From NCBI GenBank assembly GCA_041498815.1, contig JBGQJC010000005.1, positions 2,629 through 66,628 of the forward strand: 64,000 nucleotides of DNA, read 5' to 3'. Both the position numbers and the translations under genes were made by a program. How positions within the stretch are numbered: the first letter of the stretch is position 1; every line of letters starts with the position of its first letter. Source of the stretch: Alphaproteobacteria bacterium. GTDB lineage: Bacteria > Pseudomonadota > Alphaproteobacteria > DATDPM01. Positions 56,323-64,000 of the stretch are shown one piece after another. The notes below the pieces were generated by a model, which searched no databases, was not told the DNA's origin, and was given only the letters and a program-made list of their open reading frames with translations.

Positions 56323-57249
56323 TCACCCCTCCAACCCCAACAGCGCGCGGGCAAACGAATCCGCCTCGAAGGGGCGGAGATCTTCCGCCTGCTCGCCGAT
56401 GCCGATGGCGTGAACCGGCAAGCCGAAACGCTCGGCCAAGGCCACCAGCACGCCGCCCTTGGCCGATCCGTCGAGCTTGGTGAGGATGAGCCCGGTGACT
56501 TGAATCATGTCGCCGAAGGTTTGCACCTGGGCGACGGCGTTCTGGCCGGTGGTGGCATCCAGCACCAACAGCACGTCGTGGGGCGCGTCGGCATCGAGCT
56601 TCTTCAGCGCGCGGGCGATCTTCTGCAACTCCGCCATAAGGTCCGCTTTGTTGTGGAGGCGCCCGGCGGTGTCGATGAACAAGAGATCGGCCGCATCGCG
56701 CCTAGCTTGCTCCAGCGCGCCGTAAGCAAGACCCGCCGGATCCGCCCCGGGTGCGCCCGCGAACACGGTCGCACCCGTGCGTTCGCCCCAAATTTTCAAC
56801 TGATCGATGGCCGCCGCCCGGAAGGTGTCGCAGGCGGCCATGGCGACGCGGAGATTCCGGTCGCGGTAGAATTTCGCGAGCTTGCCGATGGTGGTGGTCT
56901 TGCCGGTGCCGTTCACGCCGACGACCAGCACGACCCGGGGATTGAAGCGGGGATCGAGGGCGAGCGGTTTGGCGACGGGCGCCAGGATTTCGGCGATGGC
57001 GCCGGCGAGCGCCTCGCGCAATTCGCGCTCGGTGGTTTGCGGGCCGAACCGGGATTGGCCGAGTGATTTGGCAAGCTTCGCCGCGGCGGAAGGGCCGAGA
57101 TCGGCCGCGATCAGGAGCTCTTCGAGTTCGTGCAGCGGCGCCGCATCGAGCCGGCGCTTGGCAATCAGGTCGCCGATTCCGGTCTTGAGCTTCGACGCCG
57201 ATTTCGCGAGCCCGCCGCTGAGCCTGGCGAGCCAGGTGCCGGACGGCAT
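56323..57249 (-). CDS. ftsY: Signal recognition particle receptor FtsY
   Basis: NG domain with GVNGTGKTTTIGKLA (G1), DTAGR (G3), TKLDG (G4). Start taken at MPSGTWLARLS. The ATG overlaps the mtaB stop (TGATG). Confidence 0.9.
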   Translation of the reverse strand: MPSGTWLARLSGGLAKSASKLKTGIGDLIAKRRLDAAPLHELEELLIAADLGPSAAAKLAKSLGQSRFGPQTTERELREALAGAIAEILAPVAKPLALDPRFNPRVVLVVGVNGTGKTTTIGKLAKFYRDRNLRVAMAACDTFRAAAIDQLKIWGERTGATVFAGAPGADPAGLAYGALEQARRDAADLLFIDTAGRLHNKADLMAELQKIARALKKLDADAPHDVLLVLDATTGQNAVAQVQTFGDMIQVTGLILTKLDGSAKGGVLVALAERFGLPVHAIGIGEQAEDLRPFEADSFARALLGLEG

Positions 57250-58544
57250 CAAATCCGGGCGCAGAGCTCGCCGCCAGCGATCCCGGTTACCGTCGCGGGC
57301 ACGATCTGGCCGGGTTCGCCGCCGGCAGGCTCGCCGCCGGCCAACCGCACCGGGGCGAAGTGTTCGCTGCGCCCGAAGCCTGGCCGCTCGATCAGCACAT
57401 GGGCCGTGGTTCCGACGCGGGTCGCGAGATAGCGGGTGCGCGCCAGATCGCCCAAAGCCCGGAGCCTTGCCGCGCGCTTCTTGATGACGCGCCTTTGGAC
57501 CTGCGGCATGCGCAGGGCGGGCGTGCCGGGGCGGGGCGAGAACGGGAAGACATGGAGCCAGACCAGGCCGCAGTCTTCGATGACGGCCGCTGTGTTCTCG
57601 AACATCTCCTCGGTTTCGGTCGGGAACCCCGCGATCAAGTCGGCGCCGAAGACGATATCGGGGCGGAGCTCGCGAAGATGCCCGCACAACTCGACCGCCT
57701 GGGCGCGCGAATGGCGCCGCTTCATGCGCTTCAAGATCATGTCGTCGCCCGATTGCAGGCTCAAATGCAGATGCGGCATCAACCGTTCTTCGTTCGCAAA
57801 CAGCCGCAAAAGATCGGAATCGATTTCGGCCGGGTCAATCGAGGACAAACGCAGCCGCGCGACGACGGGCACGAGAGCCAGCAGGCGCTTCACCATCTGG
57901 CCCAAGCTCGGGCGCCCCGGCAGATCGGATCCGAAAGACGAGATGTCAACGCCCGTGAGCACGATCTCGCGGTAGCCGCCCGCAGTCAGCGCCCGCACCT
58001 GATCGACGATGGCGCCCAAAGCCACGCTCCGGCTCGGCCCCCGGCCAAACGGGATAATGCAGAAGGTGCAGCGGTGGTCGCAGCCTTGCTGCACCTCGAC
58101 GAAGGCGCGCGCACGGCCCTCGAATCCGGGAACGAGATGGCCGGCCGTCTCGCGCATGCTCATGATGTCGTTGACGAGAATCCGGGGCGATTGCGCGGGC
58201 GTTTGGAGCCCGCCGCGGTAAAGCCCGGCATCGAGTTTTTCCACGTTGCCCAGCACGAGATCCACCTCGGCCATGGCGGCGAAGCGCTGCGGGTCGATTT
58301 GGGCGGCGCAGCCGGTCACCACGATCCGCGATTGCGGGCGTTGTTTGCGAAGTTTTCGGATCGCCTGGCGCGCCTGGCGCTCGGCCTCGAGCGTGACCGC
58401 GCAGGTGTTGACGATCACGGTGTCGGATAGTCCGGCGTCGCGGGCCAGAGTCTTGATCGCCTCGGACTCGTAAGCGTTGAGACGGCAGCCGAAGGTGACG
58501 ACCTCGACGCCCGACGGAAGGCTCGCTGCCGGCGCCGCGGTCAT
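57249..58544 (-). CDS. mtaB: tRNA t6A37 methylthiotransferase MtaB (radical-SAM, MiaB-like)
   Basis: UPF0004 N-terminal Cys triad plus radical-SAM CxxxCxxC (QQGCDHRCTFCIIP) and a TRAM-like C-terminus. Start taken at MTAAPAAS. The start overlaps the dapF stop (ATGA). Confidence 0.85.
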   Translation of the reverse strand: MTAAPAASLPSGVEVVTFGCRLNAYESEAIKTLARDAGLSDTVIVNTCAVTLEAERQARQAIRKLRKQRPQSRIVVTGCAAQIDPQRFAAMAEVDLVLGNVEKLDAGLYRGGLQTPAQSPRILVNDIMSMRETAGHLVPGFEGRARAFVEVQQGCDHRCTFCIIPFGRGPSRSVALGAIVDQVRALTAGGYREIVLTGVDISSFGSDLPGRPSLGQMVKRLLALVPVVARLRLSSIDPAEIDSDLLRLFANEERLMPHLHLSLQSGDDMILKRMKRRHSRAQAVELCGHLRELRPDIVFGADLIAGFPTETEEMFENTAAVIEDCGLVWLHVFPFSPRPGTPALRMPQVQRRVIKKRAARLRALGDLARTRYLATRVGTTAHVLIERPGFGRSEHFAPVRLAGGEPAGGEPGQIVPATVTGIAGGELCARI

Positions 58545-59374
58545 GACAGCAGATGGCGCGGGAGATTGCCGGTGAAGCTCACCTCGACCGGGCCCGAAAG
58601 CATGACGTGATCGTCCTTCATCCATTCGACGGTGAGACTTCCGCCGTCGAGCACGATCTCCGCCTTGCGGCCCGCCATGCCGCGCCGGTTCGCGGCGACC
58701 AGGGCCGCGCAGGCCCCGGTGCCGCAGGCCATGGTGACACCGGTGCCGCGCTCCCACACCCGGACGCGGATCTTTTTCGGGCTTAGCACCTGGACTATTT
58801 CGATATTGGCGCGCCCGGGAAAAAGCGGATGGTGTTCCAGAAGGGGCCCCACCACCGGCAAATCGATCGATTCCGCGTTCTCGACGAAAAAGACGGCGTG
58901 CGGATTGCCGACATTGACCGCGACGGGGTCCGATAACGGCCCCATCGAGATCGGCAGATGCAAGGTGTCGGCGGCTTCGCTGAGCGGGATGTCGCGCCAA
59001 TCGAGCTTGACGCGCCCCATGTCGATGGTGATGGCGCCGTCCGGGCCTTCCTCGGCGTCCAAGAGCCCCGACTTGGTCTCGATGATCAAGTGATCGCGCT
59101 TGAGCTCGTCCATCAGAAGGGCCGCGATGCAGCGGGAGGCATTGCCGCAGGCTTCGACCTCGCCGCCGTCGGCGTTGAAGATGCGCATGGCGACGTCGGC
59201 CAAGCCCGTTCCGGTTTTCTCAATCAGGATCACCTGGTCGCAGCCGACCCCCTTGTGGCGGTCGGCGATTTCCCGCACCTGGCCGGAGTCCAGCGCCAGC
59301 GCCCCGCCGCGGCCATCGAGCACGACGAAATCGTTGCCAAGCCCGTGCATCTTGATGAAAGGAAAGCCGTTCAT
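58541..59374 (-). CDS. dapF: Diaminopimelate epimerase
   Basis: MNGFPFIKMHGLGNDFVVLD N-terminus and both catalytic Cys motifs (GNASRC, CGTGACA). Confidence 0.95.
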   Translation of the reverse strand: MNGFPFIKMHGLGNDFVVLDGRGGALALDSGQVREIADRHKGVGCDQVILIEKTGTGLADVAMRIFNADGGEVEACGNASRCIAALLMDELKRDHLIIETKSGLLDAEEGPDGAITIDMGRVKLDWRDIPLSEAADTLHLPISMGPLSDPVAVNVGNPHAVFFVENAESIDLPVVGPLLEHHPLFPGRANIEIVQVLSPKKIRVRVWERGTGVTMACGTGACAALVAANRRGMAGRKAEIVLDGGSLTVEWMKDDHVMLSGPVEVSFTGNLPRHLLS

Positions 59375-59582
59375 GACCCGCCATATATGGCCCGGGATTG
59401 GCCCAAGTCCACAGATTCCCGGGGGTTTTCGGCCGGCCGGCCCGCGCTTGACTTGGGCGCAAACCCCGACCTAAAGTCCCGCCCGCCTAGCCGATTTTAT
59501 AGGCTTTTTGCCCCCACGGGGGTCCGTCAGTCCGCGATATTCGCGCACTGGCGCGTTTTGCTTTTGCCAGTTAGGGACCGGA

Positions 59583-60932
59583 ATGTTCGAAACGCTGACC
59601 GGGAAATTGGGCGAGGTCTTCGACCGGCTGAAGCGCCGCGGCGCGCTGTCGCAAGCGGATGTTTCCGAGGCGCTGCGCGAGGTGCGCGTGGCGCTTTTGG
59701 AGGCCGATGTCGCCCTGCCGGTGGTCAAAGACCTGCTGGGCCGGGTCGCGGTCAAGGCGGTCGGCGAAGCGGTGATCCGCAGCGTCAGCCCCGCCCAGAT
59801 GGTGATCAAGATCGTCCACGACGAGTTGGTGGAAGTCCTGGGCCGCGAAGCGGCGCCGTTCGAACTCAAGGCCGCGGCCCCGGCGGCGGTGCTGATGGTG
59901 GGCCTTCAGGGCTCGGGCAAGACCACGACGGCGGCGAAGCTTGCGCTTCGGCTTCACACGCGCGAGCGAAAAAAGATTCTGATGGCGTCGCTCGATACCC
60001 GCCGCCCCGCGGCACAAGAACAGCTCGCCGTCTTGGGGCGGCAGGCTTCGATTGCGACGCTGCCGGTCGTTGCCGGCGAAGACGCGCTCCAAATCGCCAA
60101 TCGCGCCATGGACACGGGAAGGCGCGAAGGGTTCGACGTCGTCATTCTCGACACCGCGGGGCGCATGCACGTGGACGAGGAATTGATGGGAGAGGCTGTG
60201 GCCATCGAAGCGGCAACCAATCCCGCAGAAACCCTGCTGGTGGCCGACGCCATGACCGGCCAGGACGCGGTCCATGTCGCGGCGCGGTTTTCCGAGCGGT
60301 TGAAAGTGACCGGAATCATTTTGACGCGGGCCGACGGCGATGCGCGCGGCGGCGCGGCACTCTCCATGCGCGCGGTGACCAACCGCCCGATCAAGTTCCT
60401 CGGCGTCGGCGAGAAGATGGACGCGCTTGAGGTCTTTCATCCCGAGCGCGCGGCCTCGCGGATTCTGGGCATGGGCGACATCTTGGGGCTGGTGGAGCGC
60501 GCGGCCGAATCGGTGGACCGCGAACAGGCCGAGAAGATCGCGAGGAAAGCGGCCAAGCAGGGCCTGGACCTCGAGGATTATGCGGCGCAGCTCGCCGAGC
60601 TATCGAAGATGGGCGGGATTTCGGCCCTCGTGAACATGCTTCCCGGCGTTGGCAAGATTCAAAAGGGATTGGAAGCGGCCGGAATCGACAACCGCGTGAT
60701 CGTACGGCAAAGAGCGATCATCGATTCCATGACCCGCGCCGAAAAGCGCGACGTGAAGCTGTTGAACGCATCGCGGAAAAGGCGCATCGCCGCCGGATCG
60801 GGGACCAGGGTCGAGGACGTGAACAGATTGGTCAAACAATTCTTGGATATGAACCGCACCATGAAACAAATGGGGAAACTCGGGCAGCGGGGCATGATGC
60901 GCCACGGCCTGCCGGGATTTCCGCCGCGTTGA
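59583..60932 (+). CDS. ffh: Signal recognition particle protein Ffh
   Basis: N domain, G domain (GLQGSGKTTT, DTAGR, TRADGD) and a Met-rich M domain. Start taken at MFETLTGKLGEVF. Confidence 0.95.
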   Translation: MFETLTGKLGEVFDRLKRRGALSQADVSEALREVRVALLEADVALPVVKDLLGRVAVKAVGEAVIRSVSPAQMVIKIVHDELVEVLGREAAPFELKAAAPAAVLMVGLQGSGKTTTAAKLALRLHTRERKKILMASLDTRRPAAQEQLAVLGRQASIATLPVVAGEDALQIANRAMDTGRREGFDVVILDTAGRMHVDEELMGEAVAIEAATNPAETLLVADAMTGQDAVHVAARFSERLKVTGIILTRADGDARGGAALSMRAVTNRPIKFLGVGEKMDALEVFHPERAASRILGMGDILGLVERAAESVDREQAEKIARKAAKQGLDLEDYAAQLAELSKMGGISALVNMLPGVGKIQKGLEAAGIDNRVIVRQRAIIDSMTRAEKRDVKLLNASRKRRIAAGSGTRVEDVNRLVKQFLDMNRTMKQMGKLGQRGMMRHGLPGFPPR

Positions 60933-60989
60933 AGGCAATGAAACCCGCGATCGCAATAGAGCAATAGAGAAGGAGGGAGAAATCACAAG

Positions 60990-61562
60990 ATGTCGGTGAA
61001 GATACGCATGGCCAGGGGCGGTGCCAGGAACCGGCCCTTTTTCCGGGTGGTGGTTGCCGAATCGAGCGCGCCGCGGGACGGGCGCTTCATCGAGAAGCTC
61101 GGCACCTATAACCCGCTTTTGCCCAAGGAGCATCCGCAGCGCCTCATCCTCAACATGGAGCGGATAAAATATTGGATATCAAAAGGCGCAACGCCTTCGG
61201 ATCGCATCGCGCGATTCCTGGGCGCCGCGAACGTGCTGCCGATGCCGAAGATCCATGCGCAGACGACCAAGGACAAGCCGCGCGCCAAGACGGTGGAGAA
61301 ATTGAAGGCGAAGGACGAGGCGCGCGTGGCTGCGGCCGACGCCGCGGCCAAAAGGGCGGCCGAAGCGGCAGCAACCCCGGAACCCGAGAAACCCGCCGAA
61401 CCGCCGGCCGAACCGCCGGCCGAAAGTGCTGGCGAAGTGGGCGCGACGCCGGAACCCGAGAAACCCGCCGAACCACCGGCCGAAAGTGCTGGCGAGGGTG
61501 CGGGCGAGGCTACGGGCGAGGGTGCGGGCGAAAACGCCGGCGATCAGCCGGCGGCAAGCTAA
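60990..61562 (+). CDS. rpsP: 30S ribosomal protein S16 with a C-terminal Ala/Pro/Glu-rich repeat extension
   Basis: [42 protein letters not shown] is the canonical S16 N-terminus. ~80-aa C-terminal tail has tandem [18 protein letters not shown] repeats, mirrored by DNA repeats at 61372-61500. Confidence 0.9.
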   Translation: MSVKIRMARGGARNRPFFRVVVAESSAPRDGRFIEKLGTYNPLLPKEHPQRLILNMERIKYWISKGATPSDRIARFLGAANVLPMPKIHAQTTKDKPRAKTVEKLKAKDEARVAAADAAAKRAAEAAATPEPEKPAEPPAEPPAESAGEVGATPEPEKPAEPPAESAGEGAGEATGEGAGENAGDQPAAS

Positions 61563-61574
61563 GGAGCGGATGCC

Positions 61575-62222
61575 GTGCGGGCCAAAAGCTCGAGCGAACC
61601 GGAGATGCGCCAATCCGCGCGCCAGCACGGCACTGCCGAAGCGCCGGGTGCCCGCATCCATGTCGGCACGATTGCCGCCGCCCACGGCATCAAGGGCGAG
61701 GTGAAGGTGAAAAGCTTCACCGAAAATCCCTTGGACATCGCCGCTTACGGCGCGGTTTGGGACGAAGCGGGGGTAAGGCGTTTCGAGATGACGGTGAAAT
61801 CGCAGGCCAAGGGTGTTGTCGTCGCCGCCATCGCCGGAATCCGGGACCGCAACGCCGCGGAACGGCTTCGCGGCATCAAGCTTTATATCCCGCGCGCGGC
61901 CCTGCCGGAGCCTGCATCCGGCGAGTTCTATCATGCGGACCTGATCGGATTGCGCGCCGAGCTTCAAGACGGGACTTTGCTCGGCACGGTCGCCAGCATC
62001 CACAATTTCGGCGCCGGCGACGTGATCGAGATCCGGCGCGCCCAAAGGCCCGAGATCGATCTTCCCTTCACCGAGCGCGTCGTTCCGGTGGTGGATATAT
62101 CGGGCGGGCGGATCGTGGTGGCGCCGCCCGAAGGATCGCTCGAACAGCCGGCCCCGAAGTCGAAGCCCCATCCCGCGAACTCGAAGCCCGCGCGGACCAA
62201 AAGGAGGGCCCGTGGCAAGTAG
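61575..62222 (+). CDS. rimM: Ribosome maturation factor RimM
   Basis: [17 protein letters not shown]-terminal beta-barrel and PRC-barrel C-terminus. The start may be a downstream Met. Position rpsP-rimM-trmD is conserved. Confidence 0.85.
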   Translation: MRAKSSSEPEMRQSARQHGTAEAPGARIHVGTIAAAHGIKGEVKVKSFTENPLDIAAYGAVWDEAGVRRFEMTVKSQAKGVVVAAIAGIRDRNAAERLRGIKLYIPRAALPEPASGEFYHADLIGLRAELQDGTLLGTVASIHNFGAGDVIEIRRAQRPEIDLPFTERVVPVVDISGGRIVVAPPEGSLEQPAPKSKPHPANSKPARTKRRARGK

Positions 62223-62964
62223 TGCGGCAAATCGCAACGGCGCCGTTTGGCAGGCCCGGGTCTTGACCCTGTTCCCCGAGGCCTTTCCGGGGCCGCTCGG
62301 CGTTTCGCTTTGCGGCCGTGCGCGGGACGACGGGTTGTGGACGCTGGAAACCATGGACATCCGCGATTTCGCGCGCGATAAGCACCGCACCGTTGACGAC
62401 GCCCCCTTCGGCGGCGGCCCCGGCATGGTGATGCGCCCCGACGTGGTGGAAGCGGCCTTGGCCGCATGCGGCGGAACCGGCGCCCCCTTGATCTATCTTT
62501 CGCCGCGCGGGCGTTTGCTCACGCAGCGCCTGGTCAAGGAGCTGGCCGCCGGGCCGGGCGTCATTCTTCTCTGCGGCCGGTTCGAAGGCGTCGACGAGCG
62601 GGTTCTCGCCCACCTCCGGATCGAGGAAATTTCGCTCGGCGATTTCGTTCTGTCGGGCGGCGAGGCGGCGGCGATCGCGCTGATCGAATCCTGCGTGCGG
62701 CTTTTGCCGGGCGTGGTGGGGGCGGAAGAATCGCTGGCCGAGGAGAGTTTCGAGCAAGGGCTTCTCGAATACCCGCATTACACGCGGCCCCAAGACTGGC
62801 AGGGGCACGCCGTGCCGGAAGTTCTGGTGTCGGGCGACCACGCCAAGATCAAAGCCTGGCGCACCGCCCAGGCGGAAGAAATTACCAGGCGGCGGCGGCC
62901 CGATCTTTGGGAGGCCTATGTCGCGAGCCACCGGGACCCGGGAAAAAAGAAACGCAAGAGCTAG
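62212..62964 (+). CDS. trmD: tRNA (guanine37-N1)-methyltransferase TrmD
   Basis: SPOUT fold motifs ([22 protein letters not shown]). Confidence 0.9.
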   Translation: MASSAANRNGAVWQARVLTLFPEAFPGPLGVSLCGRARDDGLWTLETMDIRDFARDKHRTVDDAPFGGGPGMVMRPDVVEAALAACGGTGAPLIYLSPRGRLLTQRLVKELAAGPGVILLCGRFEGVDERVLAHLRIEEISLGDFVLSGGEAAAIALIESCVRLLPGVVGAEESLAEESFEQGLLEYPHYTRPQDWQGHAVPEVLVSGDHAKIKAWRTAQAEEITRRRRPDLWEAYVASHRDPGKKKRKS

Positions 62965-63024
62965 CAGCCAAGCGCAGCGTCATCGACGACGCGCCATATA
63001 GAGATTGGATAAGGAGAGACCGCC

Positions 63025-63483
63025 ATGACGTTGATACAGGACTTCGAGCGCGCCCAGATCGCGAAGCTCACGGAGGGCCGCGAGATTCCCGATTTCGCGC
63101 CGGGCGATACGCTGCGCGTCCACATCAAGGTGGTCGAAGGCGAGCGCAGCCGCATTCAGGTCTATGAGGGCGTCTGCATCGGCCGCAAGAACGCCGCGCT
63201 CAATTCCTCGTTCACCGTGCGCAAGATTTCCTACGGCGAGGGGGTGGAGCGGGTCTTTCCACTCTATTCGCCGCTGATCGACAAGATCGAGGTGGCGAGG
63301 CGCGGGCGCGTGCGGCGCGCCAAGCTCTATTATCTGCGCGGGCTCACCGGGAAAAGGGCGAGGATCGCGGAGAAGACGGCCTTCGTGCCGGGGGCCGAGA
63401 GTGCGGCGGAGGCGGCCGCCGAGCGGGCCCGCGAGGAGCAGGCGATCGCCGAGGGCAAAGGCCCGGCCGAGGAAAAGTCTTGA
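63025..63483 (+). CDS. rplS: 50S ribosomal protein L19
   Basis: Canonical L19 sequence ([29 protein letters not shown]...) with a short Ala/Glu-rich C-terminal tail. Confidence 0.95.
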   Translation: MTLIQDFERAQIAKLTEGREIPDFAPGDTLRVHIKVVEGERSRIQVYEGVCIGRKNAALNSSFTVRKISYGEGVERVFPLYSPLIDKIEVARRGRVRRAKLYYLRGLTGKRARIAEKTAFVPGAESAAEAAAERAREEQAIAEGKGPAEEKS

Positions 63484-63558
63484 GGCCGGGCCGGTTGAAG
63501 GAGCAAGCCCGCCGCCCCAGGTGTTGATTCGAGGCTTGCGGTTGAGGCAGACGGCGCC

Positions 63559-64000
63559 ATGGCGCAGACGTTATTCGACAAGATCTGGCAGAGCCACCTG
63601 GTGCACGAGGCGGACGAGGGGACCTGCGTCCTCTATATCGACCGCCATCTGATCCATGAAGTGACGAGCCCCCAGGCTTTCGCGGCCCTGCGGGCCTCGG
63701 GCCGCAAGGTGCGCCGGCCCCAGGCCACGCTCGCGGTCGCCGACCACAACGTGCCGACGCAAGATAGGGCTAATGGCGTGGCCGACCCGGAGTCGCGCCT
63801 TCAGATCGCGACCCTGGAACGTAATTGCACCGAATTCGGCATCCAATATTTTGCCATGGACGACGTGCGCCAGGGAATCGTCCACATCATCGGGCCGGAG
63901 CAGGGCCTGACCCAGCCGGGGATGACGATCGTCTGCGGCGATTCCCATACCTCCACCCATGGGGCCTTCGGGGCGCTGGCCTTCGGCATCGGGACGTCCG
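63559..64000 (+). CDS. leuC: 3-isopropylmalate dehydratase large subunit, 3' partial (runs off window)
   Basis: [15 protein letters not shown]...[16 protein letters not shown]...[22 protein letters not shown] is the canonical LeuC N-terminus. Confidence 0.9.
   Translation, partial: MAQTLFDKIWQSHLVHEADEGTCVLYIDRHLIHEVTSPQAFAALRASGRKVRRPQATLAVADHNVPTQDRANGVADPESRLQIATLERNCTEFGIQYFAMDDVRQGIVHIIGPEQGLTQPGMTIVCGDSHTSTHGAFGALAFGIGTS

Overview
This is a high-GC (~65-67%) alphaproteobacterial chromosomal segment, Rhodospirillales-like in gene content and synteny. Several lower-GC accessory patches interrupt the core genes. The core content includes: the hemC-hemD-(alpha-Mic60)-hemY cluster divergent from tsaD-gpsA; acs; htpX; rsmB; an O-antigen/capsule-type locus (heparinase II/III-like, ugd/wbpA-like, wbpL/wecA-like, wbpM-like) next to purH; glnK-amtB; ftsK-lolA; xthA; the dapF-mtaB-ftsY operon; ffh-rpsP-rimM-trmD-rplS; and the start of leuC. 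Four tRNA genes lie on the minus strand: Thr-CGU, Gly-GCC, Asn-GUU, and an 87-nt class-II (Leu-like) tRNA whose anticodon loop reads UGG. The 5' end of the window carries an accessory polysaccharide-modification locus: a partial RTX/T1SS-type secreted protein, an APH-like kinase, GT-B and GT-A glycosyltransferases, a DUF2264 protein and a low-GC sulfotransferase. A 3x32-bp tandem repeat sits in its divergent promoter. The most interesting accessory feature is a ~1.7-kb low-GC islet at 23.07-24.79 kb. It is bounded by ~107-bp direct repeats that duplicate the 3' end of a DUF1674 (SdhAF4-like) gene. It carries a higB-higA toxin-antitoxin pair with a palindromic operator, plus a third gene with a canonical HEPN RNxxxH motif (Abi-like). 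An IS1595-family transposase is inserted beside the tRNA-Asn and class-II tRNA pair. Other points of interest are a mgtA leader containing an ATGA-coupled upstream ORF that mimics the P-type ATPase N-terminus, a low-GC orphan OPRTase-like PRTase between amtB and ftsK, and an orphan strong intrinsic terminator with a palindrome (candidate sRNA) near 48.0 kb. Coordinates of non-ORF features were read by hand and may be off by 1-2 bp.
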